Shown piece by piece: positions 25,755 through 38,330 of a stretch of DNA of 64,000 bases. The stretch spans positions 3,164,001 to 3,228,000 of the forward strand of contig MU053881.1 in NCBI GenBank assembly GCA_013239625.1, in the 5' to 3' direction. A program made the translations under genes and the position numbers. Each line of letters starts with the position of its first letter. Positions within the stretch are counted from its first letter, which is position 1. Under the pieces are notes generated by a model. The model saw only the letters and a list, made by a program, of their open reading frames with translations. It did not search any database and was not told where the DNA came from. Source of the DNA: Lama guanicoe. Lineage: Eukaryota.

Positions 25755-26005
25755 ACTAGTGTGGTAATGAAATACCCAGGTTTTGACACAAGACCTTTCT
25801 GGGCTTAAATTCTAGCTCTGCATTTAGTCACTGTGTGGCCATGGGCAAACCACCTCACCTCTCTGAGCCTTTATTTTCTTACTGAAAAATGAAGGGAATA
25901 ATTCTGCCTACCTCATTGGGATGTTGCGAGGATTGCCGAGATCACATACATAACACACAACACAGAATCTGACACATAGTCCCTGCTCAGTAAATTGCAG
26001 CTAAG
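25755..26005 (+). mobile_element. MIR SINE (near full length)
   Basis: tagtgtggtaa...ctgtgtggccatgggcaaaccacctcacctctctgagcct...tgctcagtaaat. Confidence 0.8.
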
Positions 26006-26291
26006 GAGATGCAGCGATTTGAAACCCAAGTGGCAGGAGATGTCACCTCCATTATCCCCACAGTTCTGTCAGGTGGGTGTTTACACCTCTGCTTTTGAGA
26101 GAGGGAAAGCGAGGCTCAGGAAGGGGAAGTGACTGGCTATAAGTCACGTGGTTAGTCGGGGGTGGAACCAGGGCTTCCAGGTCTGACTGAGTCAGTCTGA
26201 GCCTTCTCCATTTGGGCATTTCATAATGACTATATATATATAATTTTTTGATCCATGAACATGAAATGCCTTTCCATTTATTTTAGGTCTT

Positions 26292-26433
26292 CTTTTTTTA
26301 AAAAAATTTTTTTGTTGTTGGGGAGGTGAGGTAATTAGGCGTATTTATTTATTTTTGATGAAGGTATGGGGGATTGAACCTAGGACCTGATGCGTGCTAA
26401 GTACGTAGCCTACCACCAAGCTATACCTTCCCC
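26292..26433 (-). mobile_element. tRNA-derived SINE (Vic-1-like)
   Basis: Reverse complement of the 17239 element, including the cctaattacctc tail motif. Confidence 0.85.
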
Positions 26434-29400
26434 TAGGGGTTTCATAAAGTCTCTTACTCAGTCTTTACTTCCCTGGAGAACCAGCCCATTGAGACGCTCT
26501 CTGAGGCCCATGATCCACATGTCCCAGGGTCACCCTCTCTCACGTACCCACTCCTGTCAATTCTACTCGGCTAGATCCTCCGAGCTGCCTTCTCCCCACC
26601 CCCAAGGCCGCCACCTGGTCCTGGCCACCACCCCTTCTCACTGGGGTCACTGACTGCAGCGTCCTTTGCGTGGTCTTCCCATGTCTTATTGTGGCCCCTA
26701 GTCCGGGGGATTCTTTCTAAAACATCAATCAGTTTAATCCCTCCAGTGGTTTCTCATCACTCTTGGAGGAAAGTGCAAACTCCAGATGATGCTCCCCAGG
26801 CCTGCAGCCGCCTACTGAGCTCCGTGGACCACTCTCACTGCTATCAAAGCCTTGCCCCCCCGCCCTGCCCAGAACCCCTCTGTCTTCCCCAAAGCTGTGC
26901 ATCCCGCCACCTTCAGGTCTCTTCCCCTGACTCCTGCCTCTGTCTCCTGTCCCAAAGCTTTGTACCACTGAACATTGGATTTTTGAATACTTTCAAGCTG
27001 TGTCTCCCCTCACCTGGGCAGTGCGGACTCGCGGTTGGGAGGACGGGCTCTGGACTCAGACCCAGTTCATATCCCCATGCACTGCTCCTCCTGGGCTTGC
27101 TCCACGGGCAAGTCCTGTACCTTCTTTCTGCCTTATTTCCCTCGTCTGTAGAAAGAGGGGTGAGGACTGGACCCATCTCACTGAGTTGTCATGAAAATTA
27201 AATGAGCCAGATCCATGTGACATTATTACAGCAGAGCTTGGGTCCTCGGCTGTGCTCCATCAGTGCAGGGAACTCCTTCTTCTGTTCTGTCACCCCCACC
27301 ATCCCTCCCCGGGCATCTAGTCCTGCATGCAGGTGTCTTTGGGGACAGAGAGGCCGGGGGAGGGGTACAGGCTCGGTGAGAACCTGCTGGTTGAGGAGAG
27401 AATGCGTCTCCTCCCTCGCCCCCATCACAGTCCTGTGAGGTGGAAGCCTGGATTTTTGTGCTTGTTTTGCCAGGAAGGAAACGGAGGCACAGAGTGAGGG
27501 AGCAGCCTGCCTGGGGCATGCGGCAGGCTGGGGTGGAGGCAGGAGTCAGGCTGAAGGCTCTGCGCTTCCAGGTCTCTGTCTGCCATCCACTCAGGTAACG
27601 GATGAGGCCCTGGGGAAAGCTGGCTGAGTCCTCAGCGGCGGAGCATGAGGGACTCAGGCTGTCTTCTCCCCCGGGGTCAATGCTGGAGCTTTGATGGTTA
27701 TCAGGATGTCCCTTCCTGCAGTCCTCCCTGGGCACAGAGCCAGCTGAGCGATTAGGAGGCATCTAGCCCTGCTTGCAGATGTCCTTGGGGGCAGAGAGGC
27801 TGCGAGGGGAGGGGTACAGGCTCCAGATCAGGAAACACACATCACACTGAGAGTCAGAACTCTAGCATCATCTGAGCACCCACTGTGTGCCCCGTCCTGT
27901 GCTGAGGGCGCCTGCTCAGGCTGGGACACCCGCCTCCCCTCCTGCATGGAGTGAGCTTCTAAAATCCAGACCTAACCTCATCTCTCCTCTGCCTACAGCT
28001 CTCCCAGGGCTCCCCACCGCGCCTGATCCCTGGGCCTGGCATTCAAGGGATGCTCCTTCTCCTTCCTCCCATCTCTCCGAAACCCTCTCATTTCCTCGCC
28101 TACTTGCCTCTTGCCCAGCCCCCCGCGGCGCACTCCAAGCTCCGCCCCGGCTCTCTGTTGAATCCGCTGTGCCTCACATGGCACCTGGAGTCTCCTGGTG
28201 CTCAGTGGATAGTCCTGAAATGAAGGAAAGAAGGAACAATGTCGCCTCGGCTACACATCCAGCCACTTCTCCTGACAGTGTCCCCACCCTGCCCCATCCT
28301 GGATTTCCTGTTCCAACCACACGCTGCTCCTGAGGATGTAGTTCTGGGCCTCTTCACCTTTGCACATGCCATTTTCTGTCCTTCTTTCTTGGCTTCCTGA
28401 CTCTCTGCTATTTATCCATCAGGTCTCAGTCCTTTCCTGACCTTTTCTTGCCTTGTCTCCAAGGTCCAGTTTCCTCTATTCCACTCTACCATAGACTCTT
28501 TTTCACATGGTCCAGGGAATTAATAGCACCCGGGACCAGGATCTCATTATCTTGATTCCACGTCTCACAGCTCCATTCCACTATCCAACTAGGTTACAGC
28601 TATGCGGAGTCAACTTTGGCAGACAATAGAAAGTGACAGTGTGAAGTCAGATTGCTTTTGACCTTTGACGGCCAAGGTGAAGGTCAGCTTTGATTTGAGG
28701 GCTGGGAAGTTAGGATCTCTGATCCCCGGGGGAAGTTGGGAGAAATAACCTGGTCATCTCAGCCCAGTCTGAACAGCTCCAACGGCCAGACCACTAGGAC
28801 CTGCCCTGTCCTGGCAGACGGGGAGCACAAACGGGACCCATCTCTCTTATCAAGACCAAAGGGCTCCCCAAGCAAAACAGAGGCCCTTTGTGGAATCAGG
28901 AAACTGATTAGCAACCACCTGCTCTGTGGCTGGAGTTCTCGTACATGAGCTTTCTGGATTTTCCCCACCTCCCAGTGAGTCAAAGAACCTGCAGACAGAC
29001 TTGGCCCTTGCCAAATAGCACACAGTCATCCCTCAGCAATCCTTGCAGGCATGTGAGAGCCAAGTGATGACTGGGGGCCAGTAGCTTGTGAATGCAGGTA
29101 GTAAGGGTCACTTCTGGGCTAACGCAACTGACAGCCAGTGTACCTCCTCTAGCCCTTCTCTTCTCTCTGTCCTGGTGACCCTGGAGAACATGTGCTCTAG
29201 AGGATGTAGCTGAAGGTCAGAGCAGTGCGGTGAGTGAGGGTGTGAGTAAGAGAGAACTTCTGCTACGTTAGGATGCATTTGTTACTGCAGCAAATCCTAG
29301 ACAAATCCTGACTAATGGAGGATTGTTTTTCTCTTTTCCAAATGAGGAAATGTAACCTTCTGGACTTGAAATGACTTGTTGAAGGCCATTAAATGAAGAA

Positions 29401-29539
29401 ATGGCAAAGCTGGGAATGTGCCATTGGCAATTGGACTTCTGTCTTTTTAGGACTCACTGCAAGCCAGAATTCTAGGCTTCTCTTGGAGGCCAGGGTATCT
29501 CAGCATCTGAAGTTGGGATGAGTTAAGAATGCACAGCAG

Positions 29540-29720
29540 GTATAGGGGTTGGGGAGCGGAAGGTGCAAACTGTTGGGTGTAAGATAGGTTACAAGGATGA
29601 ATTGAACAATGTGGGGAATACAGCCAATATTTTGTAATAACTGTAAATGGAGTGTAACTTTAAAAAATTGTATAAACATAAACTAATTCAGAAAAGAATT
29701 TAAATTAAAGAAAATAATGT
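29540..29720 (+). mobile_element. L1 3'UTR fragment (older subfamily)
   Basis: ggggaatacagccaatattttgtaataactgtaaatggagtgtaac followed by an A-rich tail. Confidence 0.7.
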
Positions 29721-30050
29721 AAAACACAGCAAGAGTTCTCAGGCAGTGGCTGGGTAAGATGGGGGATCTGGGCAGATCCAGGGGATGGTATAAGCAAGTG
29801 AGGAGCCCCAGCCTTAGCCTAGGAAGTGGGGTTCAGGCCTGAAGCTCAGGATCCAGGTCAGAAGGAGATTTAGGGAGGGTCTGTGGGTACCAAAAGGTGA
29901 GCAGAGTGAGTGGTGGAAGGATGAGCTCAGCCCCTAATTGAGGTCATTTCCAGGGGCAAGATGTCTCCCAGGTTAAAAACAGTAAATGCAGAGCCTGGAA
30001 ATTCAATCAAGGCTTTGGGGAGGGAGAGAAGGAGGGCTTCTGAAGGGGGA

Positions 30051-30750
30051 TGTGGTATAAAGAATGTATCTGGTTTTCACCCTGGCCCAGAGCTCTAAAA
30101 ACCTTTGGAATTTCCCAGCTGATAGGAATGTCTTTGTTGTGCTAATGAGGAGACTCACAGTGGGACCCTAGGTAGCTTCAGGATGGGGGCTGGTCACAGA
30201 AAGACCAAACATGTGATTAGAGGGTTGGAACCTTGGACCAGCCGGACTTTCAGGGAGGGCAGAGGGTTGGAGATTGAGTTCAGTTATGTGGCCGATGATT
30301 TAATCAACCGTGCCTACCTAACGAAACCCCAGTTAAAACTCTGACATCACGGCCTGGTGGAGCTTCCTGGTGGGTGAGCACGTGGATGTGCTGGGAGCGT
30401 GATGTGTCTGGATTCCACAGAGGGGACAGAAGCTCCGCATCTCTCTCTTCAGATCTCATCTCGTGTGTCTCTTCACTTGGTGGGTGCTGATCTGGATCCT
30501 TTAAAATAAAACTGTAGTCATAAGTATAGCACTTTCGGTGAATCCTATGAGTCATTCTGGAGATTTAGCAAACCTATGGGAGCCATGGGAACCTGGGAAT
30601 TTATAGTCAGCTAGTCAGAAGTGTGGGTGGCTCCTGAGACTTGTGGCTGGCATCTCAAGTGGAGGCAGTCTTGTGGAGGTGCTCCTAGACCTGTGGGGGG
30701 GTGATGTCAGCGCCAGGACACCCAGCTGGTTTCAGAGAATTGGTGTCAGG
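30051..30750 (+). mobile_element. MER21-like LTR
   Basis: tgtggtataa...ttggaatttcc...gtgctaatgagg...aaataaaactgtag...cagagaattggtgtcag. Confidence 0.85.
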
Positions 30751-30988
30751 ACATAAATGAAGCCACAAGTATTAGTCCAGTGGAGGAAGAGTCTGAAGAC
30801 AAGGACTGTGTGCAAGGAACCCCAAAAAAGGGATTCAGTGTGTCAGTGTACCCACCCCGAGATGCTAGGATCAGCTCCTTCTGGTGGGTCTTCCTTGCAC
30901 TGGTGATAGAAAGGATTTATGCTCAGTTGAAGTAGAAGATCCCAGCCACTGGGTCCATCCAATGAGTCTCTGCTTCTTCTTATAAGAT

Positions 30989-31641
30989 TGATACAAGAAA
31001 GGGGAGGGGGCATGCTAGAGGATGGCCATGTCCCAGGTCTTGGTTGAGTCCCTGGGATGCGCCTCGTCCAAGTAAGGGTACTTGGCTTCATGCAGGAAAG
31101 AATTCAAAAGCAACCCATAGTTGAGTAAAGGTAGACTTATTCAGAGAGATGCATACTCCATAGACCAAGTGCAGGCCAGCTCAGAAGGCCAGAGAGGCCA
31201 TGAGGTGTGGAGGGGGGCAGTTAAAGTAAAAGTAGACACACACTCCACAGACAGAGTGCGGGCCGTCTCAGAAGGCGAGGGAGGGAGGCCCCAGGGTGCA
31301 GGGTTGTTAGTTTTATGGGCTTGGTGATTTCGTATGCTAATGAGTAGGAGGATTATTTCAACTACTTTGGGGAAGGGATGGCGATTCCCAGGAATTGGGC
31401 CACCGCCTACTTTTTGACCTTTTATGGTCAGCCTGAGAGCAGTCATGGCACCTGTGAGTGTGCTATTTCCCATGCTAATATATTACAATGCATGTAATAA
31501 AGCTCAAGGTCCACTGGAGGTCACGTGTCCCACCATCTTAGGCCTTCAGGTCTACTGGGAGTTGACTTTTTTGCCATCTTGGTGCTAACTGCTGCGTCAT
31601 TCCTTTAATGGCTGTGCCCTGCCCCCTTCCTTCCTGTCTCA
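30989..31641 (-). mobile_element. ERV1-class solo LTR, intact ends
   Basis: TG...CA termini with 4-bp TSD AGAT (30985-30988 / 31642-31645); minus strand begins TGAGACAGG. Confidence 0.8.
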
Positions 31642-31649
31642 AGATGATC

Positions 31650-32030
31650 CTCACCATTGTCATCGTCACCATCACCATCATCATATTCATCTCATCATCC
31701 TCTCTATCACCATCACCATCATCACTGTCATCACCATCATCACCATCACCACCATCACCGTCACCATTATCATCACTATCACCATCATCGCTATCATCAC
31801 TAGCTTCACCATCACCATCATCACCATCACCATCATCACTATCATCACTAGCTTCACCATCAACATCATCACCATCACCATCATCACTATCATCACTATC
31901 ACCATCATCACCATCACCATCATCACCATCATCACCATCATCACCATCACCATCATCACCATCACCATTATCACTATCATCACTGGCATCACTATCACAA
32001 TCATCACCATCATCACCATCATCACCATTG
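31650..32030. repeat. Imperfect (CAT/CAC)n trinucleotide repeat
   Basis: Directly visible; abuts the 3' end of a minus-strand MIR (~32030-32240). Confidence 0.95.
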
Positions 32031-32291
32031 CTAACACTGATCATGTGCTTTCCATATGTAAGTCTCAGCTGAATGCTTGTCACACGTTCCAGGAAAGCCC
32101 AATGACATAGAAATTATAATTATCCCCATTTTATAGAAGAATAACCTGGGGACAGGAAAATTGAAATGATTTCTCTGATAAATGCCAGGGAGGGTGCACC
32201 AGGATCTAACACCCAGGTCACCTCATTGCAAACCTGGGCTCATAGGTACCTCCACGTAGAAGATGTCCTACCTCCTTGTCTGATTCCAGGC

Positions 32292-32721
32292 TGTTATGGA
32301 CTAAAACGTTTGTGTTCCCCCTGCTCCCTCAAATTCAGATGTTGAAGCCCTAACCCCCAGTGTGGCTGTATTTTGCGACGGGGCCTCTAAAGAAATAATT
32401 AAGTTTAAATGAGGTAATAAGGGTGGGGCCCTGATGTGACAAAATTAGTTTCCTTATAAAAAGAGACATCAGAAAGCTGCTTCTTCTCTCTCTCCTCCCC
32501 ACCCCTTCTCTTCCGAACAAAAACGAGGTCATGTGAGCACACAGTGAGACAGTGGCTGTCTGCAAGGCAGGAGAAAGGCCTCACCAGAGCCTGACAGAGC
32601 TGGCTCCTTGATCTTGGATGCTTGAATGTCCAGCCTCCCCCACCATAAGAAGGTAAATTTTCACGGCCTAAGCTACCCAGCTTCTGGTATTCTCTTATTG
32701 TACCTCATGACAACAAAGACA
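32292..32721 (+). mobile_element. MLT1A-type MaLR solo LTR
   Basis: tgttatggactaaa...aaattcagatgttgaagccctaacccccagtgtggctgtattt...aaagaca. Confidence 0.85.
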
Positions 32722-33034
32722 GTCCCACCCAGCAGAGAAAAATGGATGGGAAGGGGAGTCCCACTTACTGAGTGCCTGTGTGTGACAAGTACCCATTCAT
32801 CTGGCACATAGACACAGCGCCTGACCTGCAATACTTTCAGTGCCCCGAAAAAAGTTTAATTTATTTTAAAATCGTAAGACAAAAATTTTTTTTCACATTA
32901 ATAGAAAAAAAGAAATTTCTAGGGCTCACACAATTCTGTTATGGTGGAAGAGACCTACAAAGGCAAAGTTTCTTAGGGTCCACAGAAGTCATACACAGAA
33001 CTGTGGGTACCTGGCTCTGGCTAGTGCTTTGTGT

Positions 33035-33220
33035 CAAGGGTCAGCAAACAAGGGGCTGTTGGCCAAATCAGCCTGCTGCCTGTTTTTGTAAATATGTAAT
33101 ATTTATGGCTCCTTGTGCCCTCCAGAAGCAGTTGAGAAAATGTAACAAAGACCTGTGGCTCACAAAGCTGAGAACATTCGTTATCTGGCCCTTTGTGGAA
33201 AAAAAATTAGCCAACTTCCA
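33035..33220 (+). mobile_element. MER58A-like hAT-Charlie MITE inserted in a MIR
   Basis: caagggtcagcaaac...ttagccaacttcc ends; 8-bp TSD ctttgtgt 33027-33034 / ctttgtat 33221-33228. Confidence 0.8.
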
Positions 33221-34439
33221 CTTTGTATCCATCAGTTGAATTAATCCATGCCCTGTGAGGCTGGGAATTCTATCCTAATTTTTCTAGAGAAGGCAACTGA
33301 GGCTGAGTGTGTCTAAATGACTTGCTGAAGATCCCACAGATTTCCAACAAGCCGTCTGTGACTTCCCAGACAGCCCATGTGCTTTCTACTACAACCGCCA
33401 CCAGCTGGGGTGTTTGATCTGCTTCCTGCAATTTCCCTCCATTCCCCCCTACGTGTGCCAAAAGGATCTGCCACATTTGAGCAGAACTTGATACCACAAT
33501 TAGTCTTAATTCAACCAGTGTTTTCCGTGCCAAGCCTTTGCTATACTTGGCACCATCAGTATAAAGATGCACATGACATATTCTTCGGGGGCACAGTGTG
33601 TGACGGTGACTACAGCATGAGTGTGAGTGAACTGGGCAAGGGATCTCCCCACTCTGAGCCTCTGTTTGCTAGTGTAGTCACTACGAGTGGGGCTCTGGAG
33701 GCAGCAGACGTGAGTGTGACTCCTGTCCAGTAGCTAAGTCTCTTGGCCTATGTCGTCCTCTACGGAACCGGGGCTCTAATAGCCCATGCCTCACAGGGGT
33801 GCTGTGAGAAGCAGAAAAGTTAAATATGTAAATGCCTTAGGACAGTGTCTGGCGCAGGGTTAGTGATTACCAGCTATATTGCTGTTGTTTTTGTTGGTAT
33901 TATTATGCCCGAGAACCACTCAGATTACCGGGCGTGGTGAAGGGCTTCCTACCGGGATCAACTTGCTGTATGATCTGAGACAAGCTGCTTTCTCTCCCCA
34001 GTCCTCAGTTTCCCCAGCTGATCACCAAGGTTCCACTCAGCATTAATTTTACCCTTTTCTGAAACTTTCTCACCCCTCTCTTCCTTCTAAGGCTCTTTTT
34101 TTTTTTTCCTTCAGGGCCTGCCCAGGGTGGAGCTCACCCTTGGGCTCCACTGCCCAGGTGGTGAAGGTCACCCTCGCCTGCCTGCCGAAGGCTCAGATAG
34201 GGAGGTCCTGAGAAAGGTCAGAATCCAGGGCCAGAGCCTATCAGAGCTGGGAAAGGTAAACAGGGAGGGAAATGCGAAGAACAAGGTGTTGCTTACTAAG
34301 CCCCAGGGTGTGTCTGTTTGCCCAGAGTATCAAGACAAACCGGAAGGGAGCAAACAGAGCTCCTGGGAGATGACTCCTTCACTTGACACAAAAGTGGACA
34401 CTGCAAGAGCAAGGACATCATAGCTCACAGGTGCACAGC

Positions 34440-35003
34440 ACTCTACAGCGTGCACAGCACATTCAGGGCCAGAGTGCTTCCTTCTTCTTGTCACTTCCTC
34501 CAAGATGCTCCTCTTCGGTTGGAACAAAATCCAAATCCTGATTGCTGGCTTCCTGCCCCCAGCACCTGCCTCCCCACCCACCTCCTACCTGCCACTCCTG
34601 GCTCACCACCCTCCAGCCACGCTGGCCTCCCTCTCCTGGCTGTTCTTCTGAGAAGCCAAGTTGATTCCCACCACTTTTGCTGTTATTTCTGCCTCAAATG
34701 TTCTCTGCTGCTCCCTTAATGGCTGGCTCGTTTTCAGTCTTTAATTCTCAGCTGGAATGTCACCTTTTCCTGGAGGCCTGCCTGGCTGCCTTTCAAAGCA
34801 GCCTTCCCCAGATACCCTTGATCTTGCCTTTCGGGGCACTTTGACTCTGGGAGTCCCCTGCTTGTTTATGTGTTTATTGTCTGCGAGCTCTGCGAGGCCC
34901 GGGGCCTCATCCGTCTGGTCCCTGCTGCATCTGTGGGGCCAAGGCAACACCTGGAGCGTAGGACGTGCTCAGTAATAGTATTTGCTGAAGAATGGAATGA
35001 GTG
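34440..35003 (+). mobile_element. L2 3' fragment
   Basis: ccctccagccacgctggcctcc...gtgctcagtaatagtatttgctgaagaatggaatgagtga. Confidence 0.75.
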
Positions 35004-35519
35004 ACATTCACAAACACCATGGCCCTGAACTTTTCATTTTCTCAGAGAGGAGGTTGAAGGCCTGGGAAGAGAAATGATGTTGAGAGCTTTGCAGAGATAG
35101 CTGATGGCATCACTCAGGCTCTGGGCCAGGTTGCTAAGAGGTTGAAGAAAGAGTGCAGACTTTGGGAAAGGTATGTGTGTCTGAGGCTTTGCACTTTGCA
35201 GCTGTGTGACCCTGCACAGGTGACTCAACCTCTCTGAGCCTCTTCTTTATCTGTAGAATTATTACGTGAGCAGCATTTGGGAAAATGAATCTGATGAGTG
35301 AGTATGAGTGCTCTGTGTACTGATGGGGGCATGGGGATGCTCCTGTTTGTCCCTTGCCCTGTACTGCCTTCCTTCCCTGGACCAAAGCCTGGACCAAAAG
35401 GGTGAGGGGTGCAGCAGAACCCCCCCTCCAGAACACATTGGGGTATTCCTGGAGTTTGCAGGACTGTGGCCCCTAAGAAAACATAGAAGACTCTGGTTTA
35501 TTTTCATTCATTCATTCAT

Positions 35520-36198
35520 GTATACTTTTAACATAATATGACATTTAACATCTTAACCATTTTCAAGTGTGCAGTTCAGTGGTATTGTCTATTCATGTTG
35601 TTGTACGGCCATCACCACCATCCACTCACAGAACTCTTCAATCTTGAAAAACAGAACTCTGTACCCATTAAACAAAAACTCCCCATTTCTCCCTGCTCGC
35701 AGCCCCTGGAAACCACCATTCTACTTTCTGTCTCTATGAAGTTGACTGCTCTTACTCTGCCTCCTGTAAGTAGAATCATGCAGTATGTGTCTTTCTGTAA
35801 CTGGCTTATTTCAATGAGCGTGATGTTTTCAAAGTTTATCCATGTTGCTGCATGTATGAGAATTTTTTTCCCTTTTAAGACTGAATGATGTTCCATTGTA
35901 TGTATGCACCACATCTTGCTTATCCATCCACCCATCAATGGACACTTGGGTTGCTTCCACTTTTCAGCTGTTGTAAATATTGCGGCTGTGATCGTGGCTG
36001 TACAAACAGCCTTTTGAGGCACCTGTTTTCAGTTCCTGTGGTTATATACTCAGAAGCAAAATTGCTAGACCACATAGTAACGCTATTTTTAATTCTTGGA
36101 GGAACCACCACACTGTTTTCCGCAGCAATTGCACCATTTTGCACTCCCACCAACAGTGCACAAGGGTTCCAATTTCTCCACATCCCTGCTAATACTTG
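35520..36198 (-). mobile_element. L1MB-type old L1 3' region
   Basis: catcttaaccattttcaagtgtgcagttcagtgg...cagcccctggaaaccaccattctactttctgtctctatgaa. Confidence 0.85.
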
Positions 36199-37172
36199 TT
36201 ATTTATTTATTTATTCTTTTTTTTTTTTTAAAAATTGAAGTATAGTCAGTTACAATGTGTTGATTTCTGGTGTACAGCATAATGTCCTAGTCATACACAT
36301 ATATACACATATTTGTTTTCATATTGTTTTTCATTAAATGTTATTATAAGATAGTGAATATAGTTCCTGTGCTCTACAGAAGACATTTTTTTAAAATCTA
36401 TTTTCATATATAGTCGTTAATATTTGCAAGTCTCAAACTCCCAAATTTATCCCTTCCCACCCCCTTTCCCCTGGTAACCATAAGATTGTTTACTGTGTCA
36501 GCAAGTCTGCTTCTGTTTTGTAAATGATTTCATTGGTGTCTTCTTTTTTCTTTTGATTCCACATATGAGTGATCTCATATGGTATTTTTCTTTCTCTTTC
36601 TGGCTTACTTCACTTAGAATGATGATCTCTGGGTCTATCCATGTTGCTGCAAATGACATTATTTTATTATTTTTTATGGCTGAGTAGTATTCCATTATAT
36701 AAATATATCACAGCTTCTTTATCAAGTCATCTGTTGATGGACATTTAGGTTGCTTCCATGTCCTGGCTATTGTAAATAGTGCTGTTATGAACATTGGGGT
36801 ACATGTATGTTTTTGAATTAGAGCTCCCTCTGGATATATTCCCAGGAGTGGGATTGTTAGATCATATGGTAAGTCTATTTTTAGTCTTTTGAGGAATCTC
36901 CCACCAGCAGTGTAGGAGGGTTCCCTTTTCTCCACACCCTCTCCAGCATTTATCATTCATGGACTTTTGAATGATGGCCATTCTGACTGGTGTGAGGTGA
37001 TCTCTCACTGTAGTTTTGATTTGCATTTCTCTGATAATTAGTGATACTGAGCATTTTTTCATGTGCCTATTGGCCATTTGTATGTCTTCATTGGAGAATT
37101 GCTTGTCTAGGTCTTCTACCCATTTTTAAACTGGGTTGTTTGCTTTTTTGTTATTAAGTTTTATGAGCTGTA
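36199..37172 (-). mobile_element. Young 5'-truncated L1 with an internal ~38-bp deletion
   Basis: Reverse complement of the 9290-10626 copy; ORF2 C-terminal peptide (ORF 36862-37077). Confidence 0.9.
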
Positions 37173-37229
37173 TACAGTCTATAGATTAATTCCCCAACCC
37201 TTTATTGGTAGGTCTTGAGTTGTTTCCCC

Positions 37230-37318
37230 TTTTTTTTAATGGAGGTACTGCGGATTGAACTCAGGACCTCCCACATGCTAAGCATGTGCTCTGCCTCTGA
37301 GCTAAATCCACCCCCCCA
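37230..37318 (-). mobile_element. tRNA-derived SINE (short-tail copy)
   Basis: aatggaggtactgcggattgaactcaggacctcccacatgctaagcatgtgctct. Confidence 0.85.
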
Positions 37319-37829
37319 TATTATTGCTTTTATAAAGTAGAGGTAATTACTGTCTTCATTTTACTGATGAGAAAATTGAGGTTCCAAGAATGAAGTGGCC
37401 TGTCCAAGGTGACACAGCAGGTGGTGGCAGGGCTGGGATTTGCCCCCAGGTCTGTCCAGCTCCAGAGTCTGCTTCTAACCTGGCATTTCCCGTGGAGGTA
37501 TATTGTCTAGGCCAGTAGAGACAAGGGTCTGGCCACTGGCCATGCTGATTAGCTGCAATGGTCAGTTCCAGACTCTGCCTTGGTGGAGGGCAGTAGGCAA
37601 GGAGAGGAGGTAGAGAGGTGAAGGCATGGGTGACCATGTACAGGAGCTGCTGGAGGTCCCACGAGGCAGGGGATGGGGCTGCCACACCACACTGCTTCAG
37701 TCTCTGTCTGGCTGTGCTGAGGTGGCATTGCCTTGTGAGATCAGGAAGGAAGGACAGAGGGAGTTAGGATCAATTCATGAACTCAGGTCAGGGTGGGTTG
37801 GGATCTAACTCTCCAGAGACGGGAATAAG

Positions 37830-37949
37830 CAGCCTTGTTAGGTAGTGAGCTCCCCATCACTGGAGGTGTGCAAGCTGAGGCTTGATTTCAAATGGGCCAA
37901 AATGGTGAGGAGTGGCTTTATACATTGGGCAGAGATTGGACTAGAGGAC
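37830..37949 (+). mobile_element. L3/CR1 3' fragment
   Basis: gtagtgagctccccatcactggaggtgtgcaagc...ttggactaga. Confidence 0.6.
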
Positions 37950-38330
37950 TGTATTAGTCAGCATGTACTGGATAACAAGCAATCCCCACCCCCAACCCTG
38001 CAAAACTCTGTGGCTTACAACAAATGGTTATTTTTCACTCACTGGTCTGTGGCTCAGCTGGGCTTGGATTAGAATCTGCTCCATGTGTCTCCAATTCTTG
38101 GTCTTCTTGAAGTGAGCTCTTCTCATGGCCAGTGTTGCAAGCAGGAGAGCCAGAACTGAAATAGGCCACACATCTTAAATCCTCTGCTCAGGGTGGCCAC
38201 ACTGTCCACTCCACTCAGGTTCCATTGGTCAAAGCAAGTCATATGATCAAGTCCAAGGCTGTATATTCTGTTAAGGGCATATATTCTGTTCGTGGGGTAC
38301 AGGACTGGAGTGAATGCAGTTTACCATAAT
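37950..38330 (-). mobile_element. MLT1-type LTR
   Basis: tgtattagtcag...gtggcttacaacaa...ttccattggtcaaagcaagtcatatgatcaagtcc. Confidence 0.7.

Noticed and set aside
31538..32083. Asp/Gly-, Ser/Pro- and Met/Val-rich ORFs
   Set aside because: Translations of the trinucleotide repeat in different frames
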